Made by a program: the position numbers and the translations under genes
The notes under the pieces: generated by a model
The model's input: only the letters and a program-made list of their open reading frames with translations
What the model was told of the DNA's origin: nothing
Database searches by the model: none
Origin: Dysgonamonadaceae bacterium
GTDB lineage: Bacteria > Bacteroidota > Bacteroidia > Bacteroidales > Azobacteroidaceae
DNA length: 64,000 bases
Direction: 5' to 3'
NCBI GenBank assembly: GCA_031269685.1
Contig: JAISYU010000030.1
Coordinates: forward strand, 729-64,728
Shown here: in pieces, positions 49,915 to 59,370 of the stretch
Position numbering within the stretch: position 1 is the first letter of the stretch
Layout of the letters: each line of letters opens with the position of its first letter

Positions 49915-49931
49915 GTGAAAATTAATGATTG

Positions 49932-49965
49932 ATAAGGGTGTGCGAAATGTGCGCCCTTATTCGTT
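49932..49965 (+). terminator. Intrinsic terminator after the FISUMP gene
   Basis: ATAAGGGTGTGC-GAAAT-GTGCGCCCTTAT hairpin (three G-U pairs) followed by TCGTTT. Confidence 0.6.
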
Positions 49966-50076
49966 TATAAAAGCGCTTTCCCTGTGTAAATACCGCGATT
50001 TAAGGCAAATTTACGCCCGCCATTGCATAATATAAACGATTTCACGTAACTTTGCAGTAAAATAGAAAGTATTATT

Positions 50077-52197
50077 ATGTCATTCTCCCATCAGGAAATA
50101 AAGTCCTATTCCGAACAGTTGGCGGAATCCCTCGAAAACAAAAGACTTAAACAAACTTTTGATACGCTAACCGTACTGCTTGACGAAACGCAAGACTGGC
50201 AACTTAAAGAACATCTCTCGCTGTTAGAAAATAATTACAGGATGATGCTGAGGTACATAACCGACGGCGTGAAAGACCCGAGCCAGACAAAGATTTACCA
50301 TAACCTGTTGCGGGAAGTGTACGAAGTTGCCGACTTGACTGTTGCCGAAATTAAAGCACAATCAAACTGGTCCGTTGCCTATGATTACCGGAAAAATCTA
50401 AGCCGGTATTATCCAGAACCCACCGCACAACTTATTAATGAACAGGACGAACGAAAACTGTTCAATGTCTTGCGTAGCGATTCAATCTGGAACGCCGACC
50501 AGCAACGCGACTGGGCTGATTATATCGCCGACGGTATTTATCCTGATTCCGGTCGATGCCTGGCGGTGACTGCCATTACTTTTAATCTTGAGGAACTTTT
50601 CGATGAACGTAAAATAGACCTTCTAATGGAGGTTGCGGAAAATCCTAACGAAGAAATAAGACAGCGCGCCATGACCGGATTGCTGCTCGCACTACGTCGA
50701 TATGACCGCCGGCTATATCTCTATCCCGCTATTAAAAACCGGCTGGAATACCTTGCCGAAGACCCGCAATTCGTACGTGATATGAGGAATATTATACTGC
50801 AATTTATACTTAGCCGGGAAACGGAAAAAGTTTCACGGATAATGAAAGATGAAATCATTCCCGAGATGATGAAAATAAGCCCTATCCTGAATCGGAAAAA
50901 CAATATTGAAGACATTTTTGGGGAAACCGGCATCGACGAGAAAAATCCCGAATGGCAAAACCTGATCGAAGAATCCGGTATTGCCGACCGCCTGAGGGAA
51001 TTTTCCGAGATGCAAATGGACGGAGTAGATGTCATGCTTTCATCCTTCCTGCACTTGAAAAATTTTCCGTTCTTCGGCGAAATGCAAAACTGGGTCGTAC
51101 TGTTTAATAAGACCAATAAAGCGCTCGAAGGGAAGGAATTTAACGGGTTTGCCGATATTCTTGCCGATTCCGAAATGCTCTGCAATTCAGATAAATATTC
51201 CTTCTTTTTTAGTATAGACAGGATGCCCGAAGAATTCCGTAAAGTGATGATGGGGCAATTCTCGTCCGAGACCGATTCAATTAAGGAAATGATGAAGGAA
51301 GAGATGCAAAATGCCGGAAAGAATGACCGCGCACATCCCGCAGCCCGTCAATATATTCAAGACCTTTACAGATTCTACAAACTATATCCAAACAGGACGA
51401 ATATAGAAGACATATTTGATGCCGAACCCGAATTTTACCGTGTTCCGGTCATCGCAAACCTGATCGCCGGTACGGATAATCTGCGGCTAATCGGAGAACA
51501 TTATTTCAACCGTAACTATTTTGAAGAAGCCGCCGACATTTTCTCACAACTGCTTACCGCCGGCGAATCGGACGAGACCCTTCTCCAGAAACGCGGATAC
51601 TGTTACCAGATGCTCGACAATCTTCCTTCGGCGCTCGACGACTATCTTAAAGCCGACCTTTTCAATGAAAATAATTCGTGGACAAACAAGAAAATCGCAT
51701 ACTGCTACCGGGCTTTACGGAAACCCGGAGAGGCTCTCGTTTATTACCGGAAAGCAGGACAACTCAATCCCAATAACCTCTCCCTCGAAATAAGTATCGG
51801 GCACTGTTTACTCGAAATGCACCGCTACGAGGAAGCGCTTAAACAATATTTCAAGGTCGAATATCTGTCCGATTCAAACAAGGAAAAGGCGTGGCGACCG
51901 CTCGCATGGTGTTCGTTCCTGTGCGGCAAATACGAGCAGGCGCTGGATTATTTCAGGAAAATAATTAACACGAACCCCAATGCGACAGACTATTTAAACG
52001 CCGGACATGCCTGCCTTGCAATGGGTAACAATCGGGAAGCGTTGAAATATTACGCATCTTCACTTGCCTCGCATGAAGGTTCATACGAGAAATTCCTCAC
52101 TACATTCACTCCCGATATTCCAGACCTTATCACCGCCGGTGTGAAGGAAGAAGATATTCCGGTTTTCCTCGATAGCGTGATATATGGGGAGGAATGA
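50077..52197 (+). CDS. Tetratricopeptide repeat protein, 706 aa
   Basis: C-terminal TPR motifs (GYCYQMLDN..SALDDY, AYCYRALRK, GHCLLEMHRYEEA); promoter TAACTTTG at 50047-50054. Confidence 0.85.
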   Translation: MSFSHQEIKSYSEQLAESLENKRLKQTFDTLTVLLDETQDWQLKEHLSLLENNYRMMLRYITDGVKDPSQTKIYHNLLREVYEVADLTVAEIKAQSNWSVAYDYRKNLSRYYPEPTAQLINEQDERKLFNVLRSDSIWNADQQRDWADYIADGIYPDSGRCLAVTAITFNLEELFDERKIDLLMEVAENPNEEIRQRAMTGLLLALRRYDRRLYLYPAIKNRLEYLAEDPQFVRDMRNIILQFILSRETEKVSRIMKDEIIPEMMKISPILNRKNNIEDIFGETGIDEKNPEWQNLIEESGIADRLREFSEMQMDGVDVMLSSFLHLKNFPFFGEMQNWVVLFNKTNKALEGKEFNGFADILADSEMLCNSDKYSFFFSIDRMPEEFRKVMMGQFSSETDSIKEMMKEEMQNAGKNDRAHPAARQYIQDLYRFYKLYPNRTNIEDIFDAEPEFYRVPVIANLIAGTDNLRLIGEHYFNRNYFEEAADIFSQLLTAGESDETLLQKRGYCYQMLDNLPSALDDYLKADLFNENNSWTNKKIAYCYRALRKPGEALVYYRKAGQLNPNNLSLEISIGHCLLEMHRYEEALKQYFKVEYLSDSNKEKAWRPLAWCSFLCGKYEQALDYFRKIINTNPNATDYLNAGHACLAMGNNREALKYYASSLASHEGSYEKFLTTFTPDIPDLITAGVKEEDIPVFLDSVIYGEE

Positions 52198-52323
52198 GTA
52201 AAGTTGCATACCACAAAAATTGATGAGGTTACGCTGCTTTTTATAAATTATTTGCAACTTTCCGTTTTTTGACGTACCTTTGCAGCCCCGAACGTTGGAC
52301 TAATATAAACTCTGTAAATAAAT

Positions 52324-52992
52324 ATGTATTGGCTATTAAATTCATCTATCGGCAGGAAGGTAATTATGAGTGTCTCTGGTATCTTCCTCATTTTGTTTTT
52401 GCTGTTCCACATGTCGATGAACCTCACACTGCTCTTTTCGGCAGAGGCTTATGATATGATATGTGGACTGCTGGGAGCAAACTGGTATGCTATTGCCGGA
52501 ACACTTGTCCTTGTGGCTGGTGTCGCGGTGCATATCCTGTATGCCTCCCTCCTTACTCTGCAAAACCGCAGAGCACGTGGAAGTAAGGGTTACCTCGCTT
52601 CCTCGAAAACAGACACGGAATGGTCGGCTAAAAACATGTATGTGCTTGGAATTATCATAGTGCTCGGCTTGCTGTTGCACCTGTGGAACTTCTGGTACAA
52701 GATGCAGTTTGCCGAACTGACCGGTATTCACACCGGCGAACATCTGCCTCATGAAGGCGCCGCCTATGTATCGGAACTGTTTGCCTGCCCATGTTACTGT
52801 GTTATCTACCTCGTGTGGCTCGGCGCAATCTGGCTGCATCTTACGCACGGTGTATGGAGTGCATTCCAGAGTGTCGGCTTGAGTAACAAAACATGGTATC
52901 CTCGCTGGAAAACGATCTCGTATGTCGTTTCAACCATTATCGTACTCGGCTTCGCTGCCGTACCAATCAAATTCTTATTGTTTAATGTTTAA
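52324..52992 (+). CDS. sdhC: Succinate dehydrogenase/fumarate reductase cytochrome b subunit
   Basis: [25 protein letters not shown] and LHLTHG heme-ligand His residues; promoter TACCTTTG at 52275-52282. Confidence 0.92.
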   Translation: MYWLLNSSIGRKVIMSVSGIFLILFLLFHMSMNLTLLFSAEAYDMICGLLGANWYAIAGTLVLVAGVAVHILYASLLTLQNRRARGSKGYLASSKTDTEWSAKNMYVLGIIIVLGLLLHLWNFWYKMQFAELTGIHTGEHLPHEGAAYVSELFACPCYCVIYLVWLGAIWLHLTHGVWSAFQSVGLSNKTWYPRWKTISYVVSTIIVLGFAAVPIKFLLFNV

Positions 52993-53003
52993 AAGAATTA
53001 TCT

Positions 53004-54968
53004 ATGGCAACTGTAAACTTAGATGCAAAAACCCCACAGGGCGCGCTCGCCGAGAAGTGGGCAAATTATAAGGCACACCAGAAACTTGTCAATCCTGCCA
53101 ATAAGCGCCGCCTTGACATTATAGTAGTCGGTACGGGACTTGCCGGCGCTTCGGCAGCCGCATCGCTCGGCGAACTCGGTTTCAACGTGCTTAACTTCTG
53201 TATTCAGGATTCTCCACGCCGCGCACATTCGATCGCTGCTCAGGGAGGAATCAATGCAGCTAAAAACTATCAGAACGACGGTGACTCGGTTTACCGTCTT
53301 TTCTATGACACAATCAAGGGAGGCGACTATCGGGCTCGTGAAGCAAACGTCTATCGCCTTGCCGAAGTATCGGTCAATATCATTGACCAGTGTGTAGCCC
53401 AGGGTGTTCCTTTTGCTCGCGAGTACGGAGGACTGCTTGACAATCGTTCTTTCGGCGGCGCACAGGTCTCGCGAACGTTCTACGCTAAAGGTCAGACAGG
53501 TCAGCAGTTACTGCTCGGTGCATATTCAGCCCTGAGCCGTCAGATACACAAAGGCTCGGTAAAGATGTTTACCCGTCACGAAATGCTTGACATTGTCCTT
53601 GTCAAGGACGAAAACGGTACTGAACGCGCACGCGGTATCATTGCCCGCAACCTCGTTACAGGATCTATCGAACGCTTTGCCGCTCACGCCGTTGTTATAG
53701 CAACCGGAGGCTACGGCAATGCCTATTTCCTCTCGACCAACGCAATGAATTCCAATGGCTCGGCAGCAATTCAGGTCTATAAGAAAGGCGCATTGTTCGC
53801 CAATCCTGCCTACGCGCAGATTCACCCTACCTGTATTCCCGTTCACGGTGAGTTCCAGTCAAAGCTGACTTTGATGTCCGAATCGTTACGTAACGACGGG
53901 CGCATCTGGGTGCCAAAGAAGAAGGAAGATGCCGAAGCGATCCGCGCAGGCAAACTCAAGCCGACCGACATAAAAGAAGAAGACAGGGACTATTACCTTG
54001 AGCGCCGTTACCCTGCTTTCGGCAATCTCGTTCCCCGCGACGTAGCTTCACGGGCAGCGAAGGAACGCTGTGATGCAGGCTTTGGGGTAGCGTCTTCGGG
54101 ACTTGCAGTCTATCTCGACTTTTCGGAAGCCATCAGGCGGCTTGGGGAAAAGACCGTAGAGGCGCGTTACGGTAACCTGTTCCAGATGTACGAAAAGATC
54201 ACCGACCAGAATCCCTACAAGACACCGATGATGATCTATCCTGCTATACATTACACGATGGGCGGCGTTTGGGTAGATTACGAATTGATGACGACCATTC
54301 CCGGCTGCTTCGCTATCGGGGAAGCAAACTTCTCCGACCACGGCGCCAACCGGCTTGGTGCATCGGCGCTTATGCAAGGCTTGGCGGACGGTTATTTTGT
54401 CTTGCCTTATACTATCCAGAATTACCTGTCGGATCAGATTCGCGTGCCGCGTTTCTCTACCGACCTGCCGGAATTTGCAGAAGCGGAAAAGACCATTAAG
54501 GACAAGATAGCCACCTTGATGAGCATACGGGGAAAGCGCTCGGTGGACAGTATCCACAAAGAACTTGGTCATATAATGTGGGAATACGTCGGAATGGGAC
54601 GCACCAAAAAGTCACTTGAGACGGCTCTCGAACGGCTTAAGGAAATAAGGAAGGAACTGTGGAGCAACGTACGCATTCCGGGTGAAGCGAACACGCTGAA
54701 TATAGAGCTTGAAAAAGCCCTCCGTGTAGCAGACTTCATCGAAATAGGACGCCTTATGGCGCTTGACGGTCTTAACCGCAACGAGTCCTGTGGCGGGCAC
54801 TTCCGCGAAGAGTACCAGACCCCCGAAGGTGAAGCCCTGCGCGACGACAGCAGCTATTCATACGCTTCCTGCTGGCAGTATGAAGGGGAAAACACGGATC
54901 CTACTCTTATCAAGGAAGCGTTAGACTATGAGTTTATCGTCCGTCAGCAACGTAATTATAAATCTTAA
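53004..54968 (+). CDS. sdhA: Succinate dehydrogenase/fumarate reductase flavoprotein
   Basis: [38 protein letters not shown] and ESCGGHFR motifs. Confidence 0.97.
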   Translation: MATVNLDAKTPQGALAEKWANYKAHQKLVNPANKRRLDIIVVGTGLAGASAAASLGELGFNVLNFCIQDSPRRAHSIAAQGGINAAKNYQNDGDSVYRLFYDTIKGGDYRAREANVYRLAEVSVNIIDQCVAQGVPFAREYGGLLDNRSFGGAQVSRTFYAKGQTGQQLLLGAYSALSRQIHKGSVKMFTRHEMLDIVLVKDENGTERARGIIARNLVTGSIERFAAHAVVIATGGYGNAYFLSTNAMNSNGSAAIQVYKKGALFANPAYAQIHPTCIPVHGEFQSKLTLMSESLRNDGRIWVPKKKEDAEAIRAGKLKPTDIKEEDRDYYLERRYPAFGNLVPRDVASRAAKERCDAGFGVASSGLAVYLDFSEAIRRLGEKTVEARYGNLFQMYEKITDQNPYKTPMMIYPAIHYTMGGVWVDYELMTTIPGCFAIGEANFSDHGANRLGASALMQGLADGYFVLPYTIQNYLSDQIRVPRFSTDLPEFAEAEKTIKDKIATLMSIRGKRSVDSIHKELGHIMWEYVGMGRTKKSLETALERLKEIRKELWSNVRIPGEANTLNIELEKALRVADFIEIGRLMALDGLNRNESCGGHFREEYQTPEGEALRDDSSYSYASCWQYEGENTDPTLIKEALDYEFIVRQQRNYKS

Positions 54969-54973
54969 GGAAA

Positions 54974-55729
54974 ATGGAAAAGACTATCAATATCACATTA
55001 AAAGTATGGCGTCAGAAAGGACCCAAAGAACAAGGACGCTTCGAGACCTATAAGCTTAACGGCATTTCCGGCGACACATCCTTTCTTGAGATGCTTGACA
55101 TATTGAACGAGCAGCTGGTCAATGAGGGCAAGGAACCTGTTGCCTTTGACAATGACTGCCGCGAAGGCATCTGCGGCATGTGTTCGCTCTACATCAACGG
55201 TCACCCGCACGGACCCGACAACCTGATAACGACCTGCCAGTTGCACATGCGTCACTTCAACGATGGCGACACGATCTCCGTAGAGCCGTGGCGGTCGGCG
55301 GCATTCCCAGTTATCCGCGACCTGATGGTGGACCGTTACGCCTTCGACAAGATCATACAGGCAGGTGGATATGTATCCGTCAACACGGGAGGTGTGCCGG
55401 ACGCCAATGCCATCCCTATCGCCAAGCCCATAGCCGACGAAGCGATGGATGCGGCATCGTGCATCGGTTGCGGCGCCTGCGTAGCAGCCTGCAAGAACGG
55501 TTCGGCGATGCTGTTTGTATCCGCGAAAGTCAGCCAGTTGGCGCTGTTGCCGCAGGGCAAGGTAGAAGCAAAGGAACGTGCGCGGGCTATGATAGCCAGG
55601 ATGGACGAACTTGGGTTTGGCAACTGTACCAATACCCGCGCCTGTGAGCAGGAGTGTCCGAAAGGGGTATCTATCAGCAATATTGCGCGGCTGAACCGTG
55701 AGTTCCTGAAGGCGAAGTTTGCGGAATAA
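54974..55729 (+). CDS. sdhB: Succinate dehydrogenase/fumarate reductase Fe-S subunit
   Basis: [21 protein letters not shown] and [12 protein letters not shown] motifs. Confidence 0.97.
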   Translation: MEKTINITLKVWRQKGPKEQGRFETYKLNGISGDTSFLEMLDILNEQLVNEGKEPVAFDNDCREGICGMCSLYINGHPHGPDNLITTCQLHMRHFNDGDTISVEPWRSAAFPVIRDLMVDRYAFDKIIQAGGYVSVNTGGVPDANAIPIAKPIADEAMDAASCIGCGACVAACKNGSAMLFVSAKVSQLALLPQGKVEAKERARAMIARMDELGFGNCTNTRACEQECPKGVSISNIARLNREFLKAKFAE

Positions 55730-55761
55730 AACGATTATCGATCGACATTTAAATAGGTAAT

Positions 55762-55781
55762 AGGGGGGCGTAAGCCCCCTT
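55762..55781 (+). terminator. Terminator hairpin after sdhB
   Basis: GGGGGC-GTAA-GCCCCC stem-loop followed by T-rich TTGTTAGTTT. Confidence 0.7.
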
Positions 55782-55840
55782 GTTAGTTTAATAACTTTGA
55801 GTCTGGTCTATACCCATAAAGTTTTGGGTTAGTGCATCAA

Positions 55841-55973
55841 CACTGTAAGCCGGCACACAACGACAATGTATGCTGGCTTACAACGACAATGTATGCTGGC
55901 ATGCAACGACAATGTATGCTGGCTTACAACGACAATGTATGCTGGCATGCAACGACACTGCAAGCCGGCACAC
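55841..55973. repeat. About 5.8 x 23-bp array, same family as 8491-8605 in the opposite orientation
   Basis: Units CAATGTATGCTGGC(TTA/ATG)CAACGA alternate; terminal units are CACTG(T/C)AAGCCGGCACAC. Confidence 0.95.
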
Positions 55974-55975
55974 TG

Positions 55976-56012
55976 TAAAAAAACAGAGGGGGACGCATCG
56001 CTGCATCCCCCT
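55976..56012 (-). terminator. Intrinsic terminator of the cyd operon
   Basis: Minus strand GGGGGATGCA-GCGA-TGCGTCCCCC (GNRA loop) followed by CTGTTTTTTT. Confidence 0.8.
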
Positions 56013-56049
56013 GACACCATTAATCTTTAACCTCTAATAATTACCCGTT

Positions 56050-57150
56050 TTATTTCCTGTCCATCTTACGCCATACATACCATATATAGGCAAGTACAAA
56101 GGGGATAAACAGGGATACGATTGACATTGCAGTGAGCGTGAAATGGCTCGAACTGCTGTTGAAGATTGTCAGTGAAGAGGACGGCGTTGACAGTGAACGG
56201 TAATAGACCGTGCCGTCCACACCGGCGATAAACAGGAGACTCAGTACGGTCAGAACCGTGCCGATGCCTGCATACCATATCCCATTGAGACTCTTTGTCA
56301 GAGCCCCCTTGTAGATGCCGTACAGTACGCCAAGTACGCCGACAAGGAGCGTGGCAAGCGTCCATGGCGCTGCAAGCAAGTTGTCGAAGTATGTCCCTGC
56401 TGCTGTGTTTATTATTCCGTTATCGAACTTCCATACCGGATGAAGGAAGAGCAGGTTGACAAGGTATGTGAGGAAGGCTACAAGGAAAAAGACGGCATTG
56501 CTTAATACCTGCCGGCGGGCGCTTCTGCGGATGTTGTCCGACTGAAGGTTGTTGATGATGTAAAGTGCTCCAAGCGTGCGGGAAAGGAAGAAGATTGCCG
56601 CGCCGAGTATGACATTGAACGGCGTAAGCCATATTGCCTCTATCCCGAAGAAAGCGCCTTCCCAATGGGAGAACGTGGGATTGACCGTATCGGTCAGGTT
56701 GATGGGATCGTACTGGAACTGCGCGCCGAAGAAGAGAGTCGATACGGCTGTCCCAAGCAGTATCGGTCCAAGTAGCCCGTTGAGGAAGAGGAACGTTTTG
56801 TATGTTCCTTTTCCAAGGAAGTTTCCCTGCTTGGATATAAATTCGTAGGATACAGCCTGTATCACGAAACTGAACAGAATAAGCATCCATACCCAGTACG
56901 CGCCGCTGAAACTGATAGTATAGAACAGCGGGAAGGATGCGAAAAAGGCTGCGCCAAAAGTGACAAGCGTGGTGAAGGTTAATTCCCACTTACGCCCCAA
57001 TGAGCCGATTAACTGCCGCAGGTCGTCCTCTTTCCTGCCGAGCGTGTATATAAGTGACTGTCCTCCCTGTACAAACAGCAGGAATACAAGTAATCCGCCG
57101 AGAAGGGATAGGAGAAACCACCAGTAATGTTGAAGTATTGAGTAATCCAT
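56050..57150 (-). CDS. cydB: Cytochrome bd ubiquinol oxidase subunit II
   Basis: LQHYWW, GRKWELTFTTLVTFG.AFFASFP and NSSSSHFTL motifs. Confidence 0.93.
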   Translation of the reverse strand: MDYSILQHYWWFLLSLLGGLLVFLLFVQGGQSLIYTLGRKEDDLRQLIGSLGRKWELTFTTLVTFGAAFFASFPLFYTISFSGAYWVWMLILFSFVIQAVSYEFISKQGNFLGKGTYKTFLFLNGLLGPILLGTAVSTLFFGAQFQYDPINLTDTVNPTFSHWEGAFFGIEAIWLTPFNVILGAAIFFLSRTLGALYIINNLQSDNIRRSARRQVLSNAVFFLVAFLTYLVNLLFLHPVWKFDNGIINTAAGTYFDNLLAAPWTLATLLVGVLGVLYGIYKGALTKSLNGIWYAGIGTVLTVLSLLFIAGVDGTVYYRSLSTPSSSLTIFNSSSSHFTLTAMSIVSLFIPFVLAYIWYVWRKMDRK

Positions 57151-57174
57151 ATTATTTGCGATTAATGATTAACG

Positions 57175-58719
57175 TTAATATTGTTCGTCTTCCACACTCT
57201 CTACCGGACCCGTCTGTATCGCTTTGAGGATAATCTTTATCTCAGCGATAAGCAATGTGGTGAACAGGAGCAGGAATATGAAGAATGTGAGGATGACGGA
57301 ACTTGCATTGATATTCGTGACCGCTGCCTGTACCGGAAGTATGTCCTGAATTGCCCATGGCTGGCGACCAACCTCTGCCACTATCCAGCCTGCCTGCGAT
57401 GCGATGTAGGCAAACGGGATCGCCCAGAGGCATGTTTTCTGTAGCCACCTTGCAGCGGTGAATTTGTTTTTGCCGATGTAATATATTACAACAACAAAGA
57501 GGATAAGGAACAGTAAACCAAGACAAACCATGATACGGAAGGAATAGAATACGAGGCTGACGGGAGGTATGGTATCGGCTGCAGAGTTGAAGAACGAGTA
57601 GCCGAAGTATTTACTGTTGGCTTTGAAAAAGGCTTTCGCTGTCTCTTTGTCTTCTTCGTTCGTAGCGGTCTTGTATAACCTTAACTGCTCCGACGCTTCT
57701 TTCCCGCGTGCTATCTTTTCCTCGACCGGCACTGCGATATTGCCTTCCTGCGTCGTGTAGCCTCCTTTGATGATGTCGTTTATCCCCGGTACGTAACCGT
57801 TGATGTCCCTTGTAGCAAGGAAGGAAAGCATCTTCGGCACAGAGATGTCGAACAGGTACGGGTCTTTGCCGTCGTTGTATGTTTTATCGTGATTAAGGAT
57901 ACCTATCCCGACCAGTCCAACACCATTTGCCCCGTCATACAGACCTTCCATCGCGGCAAGCTTCATCGGTTGGGTCTTAGCGACCTGGTTGCCGGTTATG
58001 TCACCGGTAATGATCGAGATGACGATGCCGGTAACGCCTACCACCGACGCTATCTTTATACTGTCCAAAGCAAAAGTCTTTTCCCTGTTCTTCAACATAT
58101 ACCACGACGCGATGCCGATGACTACCGCCGCACCGAGCATCCATGAGGAGATTACGGTATGGAAGAACTTCATAATTGCTACCGGGGAGATAACCGCCCA
58201 GAAGTCATTAAGTTCCGTCCTTACCAGGTCAACGTTAAATTCACCCATGCCGACCGGATGCTGCATCCAGGCATTGGCGACAAGTATCCACACCGCAGAT
58301 AGTGTCGCGCCGCCTACCGTGAGCCATGTGGAGGCTAAGTGAAAGCCTTTACTGACCTTGTTCCAGCCGAAAAACATTACGGCTATGAAGGTCGCTTCCA
58401 TGAAGAATGCGAAGATACCTTCGATTGCAAGTGGAGCGCCAAAGATGTCGCCCACGAACCAACTGTATTTCGACCAGTTAGTTCCAAATTCAAACTCCAG
58501 GATGATACCGGTAGCGACGCCCACTGCGAAGTTTATACCGAAGATCTTCATCCAGAATTTGGCTGTTTTCTTCCATTTAGCGTTTTTCGTTTTCAGGTAA
58601 AGCGTTTCCATGATAGCCATGATAAAGCCCAGCCCTAACGTAAGCGGAACGAACAGCCAGTGATACATGGCGGTTAGCGCGAATTGCGCCCTCGACCAGT
58701 CAATTACACTTTGTTCCAT
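57175..58719 (-). CDS. cydA: Cytochrome bd ubiquinol oxidase subunit I
   Basis: SRAQFALTAMYHWLFVPLT, FEFGTNW, EGIFAFFMEA, QPMKLAAMEG and EVGRQPW motifs. Confidence 0.96.
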   Translation of the reverse strand: MEQSVIDWSRAQFALTAMYHWLFVPLTLGLGFIMAIMETLYLKTKNAKWKKTAKFWMKIFGINFAVGVATGIILEFEFGTNWSKYSWFVGDIFGAPLAIEGIFAFFMEATFIAVMFFGWNKVSKGFHLASTWLTVGGATLSAVWILVANAWMQHPVGMGEFNVDLVRTELNDFWAVISPVAIMKFFHTVISSWMLGAAVVIGIASWYMLKNREKTFALDSIKIASVVGVTGIVISIITGDITGNQVAKTQPMKLAAMEGLYDGANGVGLVGIGILNHDKTYNDGKDPYLFDISVPKMLSFLATRDINGYVPGINDIIKGGYTTQEGNIAVPVEEKIARGKEASEQLRLYKTATNEEDKETAKAFFKANSKYFGYSFFNSAADTIPPVSLVFYSFRIMVCLGLLFLILFVVVIYYIGKNKFTAARWLQKTCLWAIPFAYIASQAGWIVAEVGRQPWAIQDILPVQAAVTNINASSVILTFFIFLLLFTTLLIAEIKIILKAIQTGPVESVEDEQY

Positions 58720-58960
58720 ACTTTTTTATTTTTACGTTAATATTATGACCTTTTGTTAACTCATTATATATATACTCGCTTTTTTCTTTTTCGGAATCAA
58801 ACTCATTTAGCGGATTACGGAAAAAGAATACTTTAAGCACAGCGAACATTATGAACAGTTTAACGAGAATTATCACCCACAGGGGCTTACCCCACGACAG
58901 GTTTTTGAAACCGTCCACATACATCCTGAAAAAATCTCCTATATTACGTATCCTTTCCAT
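58700..58960 (-). CDS. DUF4492 family protein (cydAB-associated)
   Basis: FFRMYVDGFKNLSWGKPLWVIILVKLFIMFAVLKVFFF; directly upstream of cydA. Confidence 0.85.
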   Translation of the reverse strand: MERIRNIGDFFRMYVDGFKNLSWGKPLWVIILVKLFIMFAVLKVFFFRNPLNEFDSEKEKSEYIYNELTKGHNINVKIKKYGTKCN

Positions 58961-58980
58961 CGGTATTCTTTTTCACAGTG

Positions 58981-59004
58981 CAAAGATAAGCAATTGTGCA
59001 CAAT
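58981..59004 (-). promoter_or_regulatory. cyd operon -7 element with adjacent 12-bp palindrome
   Basis: TATCTTTG (58988-58981); ATTGTGCACAAT at 58993-59004. Confidence 0.6.
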
Positions 59005-59092
59005 AACTATTATATAACTTTACTTATCTTTTGTATATTCATTAAATGATGCAAGAAATTTTCTTATACGTATAGGGGAATTTCCCACACGC

Positions 59093-59260
59093 GGGAACAA
59101 ACTGTACACGCGCAGGAACAAATCGTACACGCGCAGGAACAAACTGTACACGCGCGGGAACAAACTGTACACACGCGGGAGCAAACTGTACACGCGCAGG
59201 AACAAACCATACACGCGCGGGAATAAACTGTACACGCACGGGAACAAACTGTACACGCGC
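59093..59260. repeat. 8 x 21-bp array, consensus (G/A)GGAACAAACTGTACACGCGC, with degenerate flanks
   Basis: Units start at 59093, 59114, 59135, 59156, 59177, 59198, 59219 and 59240. Confidence 0.95.
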
Positions 59261-59370
59261 AGAAGCAAACTTCCCATAGGTGCGGGAGAAATTCTTATTG
59301 ATATGTGAAACGTTTATATACACAATGAATTATTTTTATTACCTTTGCAACTCATTTTATATATCATAAT

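Noticed and set aside
59020-59323. Minus-strand repeat ORFs (RVQFVPA / RVYSLFP) as a third heptad-peptide cassette
   Set aside because: No matching -7 promoter lies upstream on that strand, and the cyd promoter lies downstream of the array, so the layout differs from the two cassettes.
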